Below, one piece after another: positions 58,116 to 64,000 of a stretch of DNA of 64,000 nucleotides; the first letter of the stretch is position 1; every line of letters begins with the position of its first letter. Position numbers and translations under genes: made by a program. A model generated the notes under the pieces. That model worked only from the letters and a program-made list of their open reading frames with translations, was not told the origin of the DNA and did no database searches. The DNA is taken from IMG/VR virus record IMGVR_UViG_3300042464_000191, positions 7,624 to 71,623 of that record. One strand, 5' to 3'. Source of the stretch: a virus.

Positions 58116-60002
58116 CTAACATAAAATCTGAGAATGAATTTCGGCATTGTTAAAAGATCCAGACGTTCCATTTGTTGAGTTTTCTAATAACTGTAAATAG
58201 TGATACCCTGCTGAAATGTTCTCAAGAATGTTTGTAAGTCCTACTCTAATAGGGCTAGCATTAGCATTAATAGTTAGTAATACTTCATCCGATCCAGACG
58301 TTGTTGAATCTAGTCCTAGGCTTGAGGATGCGCCGTTTTGTTGAGATACCCAATATCCACCCAGAATATTAGCAGATAAACCAAGAACAAATAAAGATCT
58401 ACCCTGACCAACTGTTGTATTATTGTTCCAAGCTCTAACGGTAAGGCTCGTGTATGTGTGTGTGGCTCCAACGAGACTAGCCCGTGATTGTTTGTAAGTT
58501 TGATTATATAGGCTCCATACAAATCTTCTGGAGGTGCTGTCTTCGCACTGACCTATTGTAGCTGTGGTTCTGATAGTACCAATATATCTCCGCGTAGTTG
58601 CTCCAGTTTTTACATATATACCATCTTGTGTCGTTAATGCAGTTGCTCTTGTTGTATCATTAGTCCAAGCTGTAGATTCTAATGCTGGAGTACCATTGTT
58701 ATTGTATACGAATATATCAAAATTAGTATTTGCTGCATATCCACTTAAACTTAGACTCAATTCAGAGAACGTATATACTATCCAAGCCGATCCGCTATAT
58801 AAAGAAATTCTATTTCCATGAAAAGGAGTATAGTATATTGTTGTTTTAGCTGTTTGATCTGTGGTGCTGATGGGAACGCCAGCTTCTAATGTTAATCTGC
58901 CCGCCGCAAATATATCTGTAATTGGCAATAATCCGCTAACAGAACTATTAAAATCTGTGATATTTGAACTGGTATGGGTGTGTCCATTAACACTAACCGC
59001 TGTACCATTAACCAAAAGATTTTGACTAAAATTTCCTGTGCCAACAACATCCAATTTATATGATGGCGTAGCTGTTCCTATTCCAACATTGCCATTAAAA
59101 TAATTCGTAGCTGTACCATTAGCATAAAAATTAAATCTATTTGTTCCGCTAGGAATATCTGAAAAAAATCCGTGATTAAATGTTGCTCCAGTAAGAGTAT
59201 TTCCAGCAATAAATCCATATTGAGTATTAACTGGTCCAGACAAAGTTCCCTGAGAAGCATAAAAATGAAGAATACTGCCGGTGCCAGAAGCTGAAACGCT
59301 TGAAATGCTAGTAAAATACTGACCATTTGAGGTAGCGGCTGAACCTATTTGACCATAATTCAATACTCCATAAGCCGTTGATCCACCATTTATTTGCGAT
59401 GATAAAACTAGCCCGCCGTTGCCACCGTTTGACGCAGTTCCAACTAAAAGTTGACCAGTTGAAACTGAAATGGTTCCAGCAACGTCTAATTTATATGATG
59501 GTGATGCTGTGCCTATACCAATATTACCATTACTACTTATTCTAAGTCTTTCATTTCCGCTAGTTGCTATGGCTAAACTTTTTGTGGTTGGACAAAATAG
59601 ACCAGTATCAGTATTAAAATTAAAAGCAAATGATGGCAAAGCGGCGGTTCCAGAATTAGCATAGCTAGATGGAGAATACAGCGCGGTAGCTAAATATAGA
59701 TTTCTAAAACCAAAAGAGCTTGATCCAATATCATAAGAATTATTAGCAAGAGGCAATAAATTACCAGCACTAGATATCTTTAATTTGCCGGTTGCTGATT
59801 CGCTACTTGCTGTAGAAAATACCAATGATGTCGCATTAGATGTGGCCGTGAATGTACTCTCTGCTTCAGCATAAATGCCGCCTCCAATTAAAATAGCGTC
59901 TGAACCACTAGTTTCACTAGAGGCGGCAAATGATATGCGTCCTAAAACATCTGAAGCTATAATGTCGCTATCAGATGTCTGTAGAGTAATTGATTGAACC
60001 AT
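58116..60002 (-). CDS. Tail fibre/receptor-binding protein 2
   Basis: Two GN(I/V)GIGTA(S/T)PSYKLDV repeats; GHTHTSSNITDF; C-terminal YNNNGTPALE domain. Confidence 0.75.
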   Translation of the reverse strand: MVQSITLQTSDSDIIASDVLGRISFAASSETSGSDAILIGGGIYAEAESTFTATSNATSLVFSTASSESATGKLKISSAGNLLPLANNSYDIGSSSFGFRNLYLATALYSPSSYANSGTAALPSFAFNFNTDTGLFCPTTKSLAIATSGNERLRISSNGNIGIGTASPSYKLDVAGTISVSTGQLLVGTASNGGNGGLVLSSQINGGSTAYGVLNYGQIGSAATSNGQYFTSISSVSASGTGSILHFYASQGTLSGPVNTQYGFIAGNTLTGATFNHGFFSDIPSGTNRFNFYANGTATNYFNGNVGIGTATPSYKLDVVGTGNFSQNLLVNGTAVSVNGHTHTSSNITDFNSSVSGLLPITDIFAAGRLTLEAGVPISTTDQTAKTTIYYTPFHGNRISLYSGSAWIVYTFSELSLSLSGYAANTNFDIFVYNNNGTPALESTAWTNDTTRATALTTQDGIYVKTGATTRRYIGTIRTTATIGQCEDSTSRRFVWSLYNQTYKQSRASLVGATHTYTSLTVRAWNNNTTVGQGRSLFVLGLSANILGGYWVSQQNGASSSLGLDSTTSGSDEVLLTINANASPIRVGLTNILENISAGYHYLQLLENSTNGTSGSFNNAEIHSQILC

Positions 60003-60005
60003 AAA

Positions 60006-61103
60006 TTACACTATAAACCAATTTGTTCCATCAGAAACGAAAGTTAAAGCTTCATATTGATAATACAATACCTTTGAGGTTGCTCCGTCAATAGTATCAG
60101 TACTATTACGAGAAATAGTAACTGAACCTGCGGCACTATCAGTCTTTTTAACGATTACCATCTTTCCAGAAGCTGGTGCTGGCAATTTGATAGTTATACC
60201 ACCTGCTCCAGCGGCTACTAAATTGATATCAGAAGCAATAGTTTCATTAGCTGAGAATGATGAGTCAACAGTTCTAACTCTCTTAGCCTCAGTAATGGCA
60301 CCATCGGCAATTTTGCCAGTAGTAACATTGCTATCTAAAATCTTAGCTGTTGTGACAGCATCGGAAGCAATTTTATTAGCAGTAACGGCTGAATTAGCTA
60401 GTTGGGTTTCACCGACCGCCGTAGCAGCAATCTTAGAACTAGTAATACCGCTATCTTTAACTCTAAGAATGTCGGCATTGACTTCGACTGTAGAATTATC
60501 AACATTAAGATGCACAGTCATTGTGTCGGTCGCACCGGCGACAGTAGTGATACCGCTACCACCAGCTACTGTGATTGTGTCTCCGCTTGTTAATGTCTGA
60601 CTAGTTCCACCGTCTCCAGCTAAAGTAAATGATGTAGCAGCAACGCCAGTAGGAATGGCATAATAAGTTGATCCATCGTTCGTAAACTTCCACTGATCGG
60701 TTCCTTCATCATAATAAAGCTTGACGTTTGTTGAATCTCCACGCTCAATTTCCAAGCCAGCATCCAGAGATGGAACGCCAGTTACATTTTTATTGAGTAG
60801 AATAATATTGTCTTCTACGGTTAAAGTGGCTGTGTTTAATGTTACAACGTCGCCGTTTACCGTTAAATCACCGGCAATAACCACGCCAGACGAGAAGGTG
60901 GCGATGCCGTCGCTACCTAAAGTTAGAATTCCGGTTTGACTAGCGCTACCGATTTTTCCGCCATTTGGTAGCTTAATATTGGGAGCTACTAGGCTTGTTC
61001 CGTCGAATGTAAAGTTGGCATTAGATTCAAAAACTTGATCTGATGCGGCTGTTCCGAAATATACAATGCCGGAAGGATTTCTATCTATTGGTGAATATGC
61101 CAT
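60006..61103 (-). CDS. Fibre-like virion protein with 10-aa IAxxAVTxxK repeats
   Basis: GDLTVNG..VEDNIILLN..AGLEIERG module; six 10-aa repeats; C-terminal LP.P..G..VIVKK..IDG..SDGTNW domain. Confidence 0.7.
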   Translation of the reverse strand: MAYSPIDRNPSGIVYFGTAASDQVFESNANFTFDGTSLVAPNIKLPNGGKIGSASQTGILTLGSDGIATFSSGVVIAGDLTVNGDVVTLNTATLTVEDNIILLNKNVTGVPSLDAGLEIERGDSTNVKLYYDEGTDQWKFTNDGSTYYAIPTGVAATSFTLAGDGGTSQTLTSGDTITVAGGSGITTVAGATDTMTVHLNVDNSTVEVNADILRVKDSGITSSKIAATAVGETQLANSAVTANKIASDAVTTAKILDSNVTTGKIADGAITEAKRVRTVDSSFSANETIASDINLVAAGAGGITIKLPAPASGKMVIVKKTDSAAGSVTISRNSTDTIDGATSKVLYYQYEALTFVSDGTNWFIV

Positions 61104-61146
61104 GTTGATTTACCTCTGTGTGTAATGGTGGGAAAATACACTAATT

Positions 61147-61157
61147 TATACACTAAA
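61147..61157 (-). promoter_or_regulatory. Candidate late promoter motif TTTAGTGTATA
   Basis: Upstream of the 61103 gene, with a partial second copy (TTAGTGTATT) immediately downstream. Confidence 0.55.
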
Positions 61158-61824
61158 ATACGTACCAATTTGTGTTGTTAGATATCAAAGATACCGACTC
61201 ATGCTCATAATATAGTAAAAAGGATTCTTTTCCGTCTATCAATTGATTTCCTGCGGAAGATAGACTTAATTGGTGAGAACCTAATTTTTTGATTGCGATT
61301 TCTACGCCGCCGTTCCCAGAAGGGTTGGGTAAAGTTAAGTTGATGGGGCCAGAAGAACAATCCACAAATACGATATCATAGATTGACGATATTACAGTGT
61401 TAGAATTAATATTGATATACGATTTATTTAGTCTAGCTCCACCGGCAGCAGTTACTTGAATACTATTATCTGGAAATAAAATACCAGCCGCATTTATTGC
61501 AGAAATATAGTTATTGTGATCTAAAAAAACCGCCCTGTCGGCTGGATATGTACAGAATACTATTGATAATCCATCTAAAGCTATCTTTGAGTTATTATTT
61601 GTGCTTTTAAGAACAGTGTCTCTAGATAAAGAATTGGTAGAAGCGTTATACGTTCCTATTCCTATTTCAAAGTTAGCATTATTCTCAATAGTATAAAAAG
61701 TGGAATTACCATCACCAATAGCACTACTGAATGATGTGAAACCATTATAAGTTTCATTAAAAACAACCGACCCTATGCCGGTTGTGATTGATGCCTCTTT
61801 AACTCTATCTGCTAGTTTAAACAT
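61153..61824 (-). CDS. Short fibre-like virion protein
   Basis: N-terminal ADRVKE..TTG.G module shared with 53653..55545; C-terminal domain shared with 60006..61103. Confidence 0.7.
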   Translation of the reverse strand: MFKLADRVKEASITTGIGSVVFNETYNGFTSFSSAIGDGNSTFYTIENNANFEIGIGTYNASTNSLSRDTVLKSTNNNSKIALDGLSIVFCTYPADRAVFLDHNNYISAINAAGILFPDNSIQVTAAGGARLNKSYININSNTVISSIYDIVFVDCSSGPINLTLPNPSGNGGVEIAIKKLGSHQLSLSSAGNQLIDGKESFLLYYEHESVSLISNNTNWYVF

Positions 61825-61831
61825 AGTTCAC

Positions 61832-63610
61832 TCATAATGCTGGACAAACCTTGATATTTAAATTGTATTGACCAGAATTATCAATGTGTGGATTATCTCT
61901 ATAGCTAACTCCGAGGTCGCCAGCTTCGGTGCTAACAAAATCAGTTAAATTTGTATTAACAGATACTAGGGTATTTCCAATATAAATCTCTAATTTTGTT
62001 GGAGCATCAGTAAATCTTCCATCAGCGGCTAAAAATATTCTTCCTAGGCTAGAAACAGACACAGAGTCATTAACATTGACATTTATGCCTAATGGTAATA
62101 TATTCGATGTTGTGCCGGGCATAGTTGCTGTAAAATCTTCGCAACAACACTGGCATCCATCTAAACTATCAGCGATCCACTTGACAACCGGTGGCTTTTG
62201 GCATTCGCATGGGATTAATACTTGATCCGTAATTCTGGGATTAGTTGCACAACTGATATTGAAATATAAATATTTCCATTTTTGTAAACAGGAATTAGAA
62301 TCTGTGGCAGCGATATTGTTATCACATGATACAACAGCTTGAACAGTATCTCCGCAAGCTGTTGTTGTGTTTGCTTCCCATATATTATCATTGATTTTTG
62401 TAAACTTTAGATTTAATCTTCTGTTATTAAAGCATTCTTGAGGAAATTCTATATATCCATCACCATCCCAATCGCAGCATTGTTTGCAGCTTTCTGGACA
62501 ATTAGATACATCTGAATAAGAAACTATTATTGGAGATCTACCGTTTGGATAAATATACGGTATGTCAGATGGCGGAATTACCGTTTTGGTGCCACCTCCA
62601 CAATCAAGAAATCCATCATAGATAAACTTGTTGGTGTTAGGATCGCATGTCATTGACAAAGTAAAGTTTATACCGCACGGAAAAGTTCCTTGAGTCACCC
62701 AATAATTCCCAACTTTGTTTACTATTACTTGTTTTTCTTGACCAGACAAAGCGCCAAATCCCACAACTGTGTAAATAAAAGAATCTGGTAGATCAAGATC
62801 GCAGGGGTTTGGTATGGAGCATCCATCGCTACAAGTTTGACCCTGTTTCCATATTCTGGCACCTTCAAAACCCTGCATAGGATTACATTCGGATTCTGTA
62901 AGAACGCCAAGACAATTCCTATATTGTATCCAATTATTAGTCGCCGTATCCCAATAAACACCAACCTCACAACACGCCCCGAGTGGAGAAGGCGTAGTAG
63001 TACTGGTTGTTGTAGAAGTAGTCGTTGTGGATGGAGGAATAGTGGTTGTGGTAGTAGTTGTGGTAGTCGATGGACATGTTAGAATGAGCGAATAATTAGA
63101 TAACAATAAAGAAGACGGTAGTTTATCGCAACATCCCTCATCTTCGGCTTGACATAAGCTATAGATATCAACATATAATTTTTGACCAGATAGATCAATA
63201 GAAGCTAATTCATCTTGATTAATCGGCAACTCAAAATAAACTACCTCATTATTAATAGATGGTAGATTTTGTGTGTCTCCAAAAGATCCTAATGTGTTGT
63301 GGGCTATGGTTTTGTTGCTAGAGCGAACAATAATTTGAAATTGATTGCTGTATGACAAAGATTTGTTCATACTTTTAGATACAATATATGCTTTGGTAAT
63401 AACTAGAGATGATAAATTGTTGATGGGGCTTGTGGACGTTGTAAAAGACTGACCACTAGAAACATAAACGTCTCTGTCGTGAACAAGAGATAAATCGACC
63501 GTTCCGCCATCATAATCTAATCGTAAAAATAAACCACGATTATTGTATTTAGATCCAGATGGCAACCATATTGCTCCACATGGACACAAGTCTATTATAT
63601 TATTTGTCAT
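61832..63610 (-). CDS. Cys-rich adhesin-like protein with poly-Thr linker and C-terminal LecA/PA-IL-like lectin domain
   Basis: GGAGG RBS before ATG 63610; STTTTTTTTT linker; GACC; LGINVNVNDSVSVSSLG...IG...GDLGVSYRD...DNSGQYNLNI. Confidence 0.65.
   Translation of the reverse strand: MTNNIIDLCPCGAIWLPSGSKYNNRGLFLRLDYDGGTVDLSLVHDRDVYVSSGQSFTTSTSPINNLSSLVITKAYIVSKSMNKSLSYSNQFQIIVRSSNKTIAHNTLGSFGDTQNLPSINNEVVYFELPINQDELASIDLSGQKLYVDIYSLCQAEDEGCCDKLPSSLLLSNYSLILTCPSTTTTTTTTTIPPSTTTTSTTTSTTTPSPLGACCEVGVYWDTATNNWIQYRNCLGVLTESECNPMQGFEGARIWKQGQTCSDGCSIPNPCDLDLPDSFIYTVVGFGALSGQEKQVIVNKVGNYWVTQGTFPCGINFTLSMTCDPNTNKFIYDGFLDCGGGTKTVIPPSDIPYIYPNGRSPIIVSYSDVSNCPESCKQCCDWDGDGYIEFPQECFNNRRLNLKFTKINDNIWEANTTTACGDTVQAVVSCDNNIAATDSNSCLQKWKYLYFNISCATNPRITDQVLIPCECQKPPVVKWIADSLDGCQCCCEDFTATMPGTTSNILPLGINVNVNDSVSVSSLGRIFLAADGRFTDAPTKLEIYIGNTLVSVNTNLTDFVSTEAGDLGVSYRDNPHIDNSGQYNLNIKVCPAL
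62990..63075 (-). repeat. ACN-codon low-complexity tract encoding a Thr/Ser/Pro linker
   Basis: PSTTTTTTTTTIPPSTTTTSTTTSTTTPSP. Confidence 0.85.
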
Positions 63611-63612
63611 AA

Positions 63613-64000
63613 TTAACCTCCATGTCCCTGAATGCAAACCATATTACTTGGAGAACTATTTCCTACAGAATTTTTTGCTATTATTCTAAAACACACATAT
63701 GAATAGTTTAATACTACATTAAATTCTGTTGATGGAGGCTGAGTTGATGCGCCAGAGTCGTATGTATCCCAAGAAATACCACCGTCTATACTATATTGTA
63801 TAATATATGCAGTTATTGCTGTGCCGCCATTAGAAACTGGAGCATTCCAATCTAAACTAAAATATGAAGGATGAGCAGTACCTATCAAGTTCAATGGAGC
63901 AGACGGTACAGATAAAATAGTTGTGGTTGTTGTAGTTGTAGTAAAGGTGGCGCACGGCTCTATAGTGAGAGTAAAAGTTCTTGTTATAGGTGTAAATCTA
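63613..64000 (-). CDS. 3' part of a gene with a poly-Thr linker and fibronectin type III domain (partial)
   Basis: Frame open to the window edge: ...CATFTTTTTTTTILSVPSAPLNL...LDWNAPVSNGGTAITAYIIQYS...FRIIAKNSVGNS. Confidence 0.8.
   Translation of the reverse strand, partial: RFTPITRTFTLTIEPCATFTTTTTTTTILSVPSAPLNLIGTAHPSYFSLDWNAPVSNGGTAITAYIIQYSIDGGISWDTYDSGASTQPPSTEFNVVLNYSYVCFRIIAKNSVGNSSPSNMVCIQGHGG

Noticed and set aside
53653-60002. Diversity-generating retroelement or invertible fibre cassette
   Set aside because: The paralogous fibres are diverged throughout rather than at adenines only; no reverse transcriptase, invertase or inverted repeats seen in the window
1-64000. CRISPR array, tRNA/rRNA genes or large ncRNA
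   Set aside because: Intergenic gaps are about 100 bp or less, and no spaced direct repeats or cloverleaf signatures were noticed by eye
1-64000. Stop-codon reassignment
   Set aside because: Near-complete coding density and very long ORFs in the standard code; TAA, TGA and TAG all end genes

Overview
This AT-rich window reads as part of a large, probably jumbo, tailed phage genome in the standard genetic code, with two convergent, tightly overlapped gene blocks meeting at a hairpin near 16.33 kb. The + strand (1-16.3 kb) carries a radical SAM/SPASM protein, a modular acidic/basic protein, a DNA polymerase III alpha (DnaE) split into two intein-less genes with a DEDDh exonuclease gene between them, an SSB, a ~7.7 kb glycosyltransferase/nucleotidyltransferase cluster, a Vsr/EDxHD-like endonuclease and a Rad52/Sak-like annealase. 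The - strand (64-16.4 kb) is a morphogenesis block: fibre/adhesin proteins, neck proteins, an internally duplicated tail tube protein with no sheath gene seen, chaperones, a 2836-aa tape measure protein, a ~3780-aa FG-GAP propeller protein and tail-tip proteins. The most notable leads are: (1) a glycosyltransferase cluster together with strong Ser-Gly enrichment and poly-Thr linkers in virion proteins, suggesting phage-encoded virion glycosylation with an SG sequon; (2) the three-gene DnaE-N / exonuclease / DnaE-C polymerase; (3) nuclease-like and HAD-like cargo inside the tape measure protein, delimited by [FYL]xxGG motifs; (4) an integrin-alpha-like propeller with an apparently circularly permuted vWA/MIDAS insert; (5) a TTTmGTGTATA candidate late promoter and a terminator hairpin built over a start codon. 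All calls come from motif recognition by eye; no database searches were run and counts are manual.
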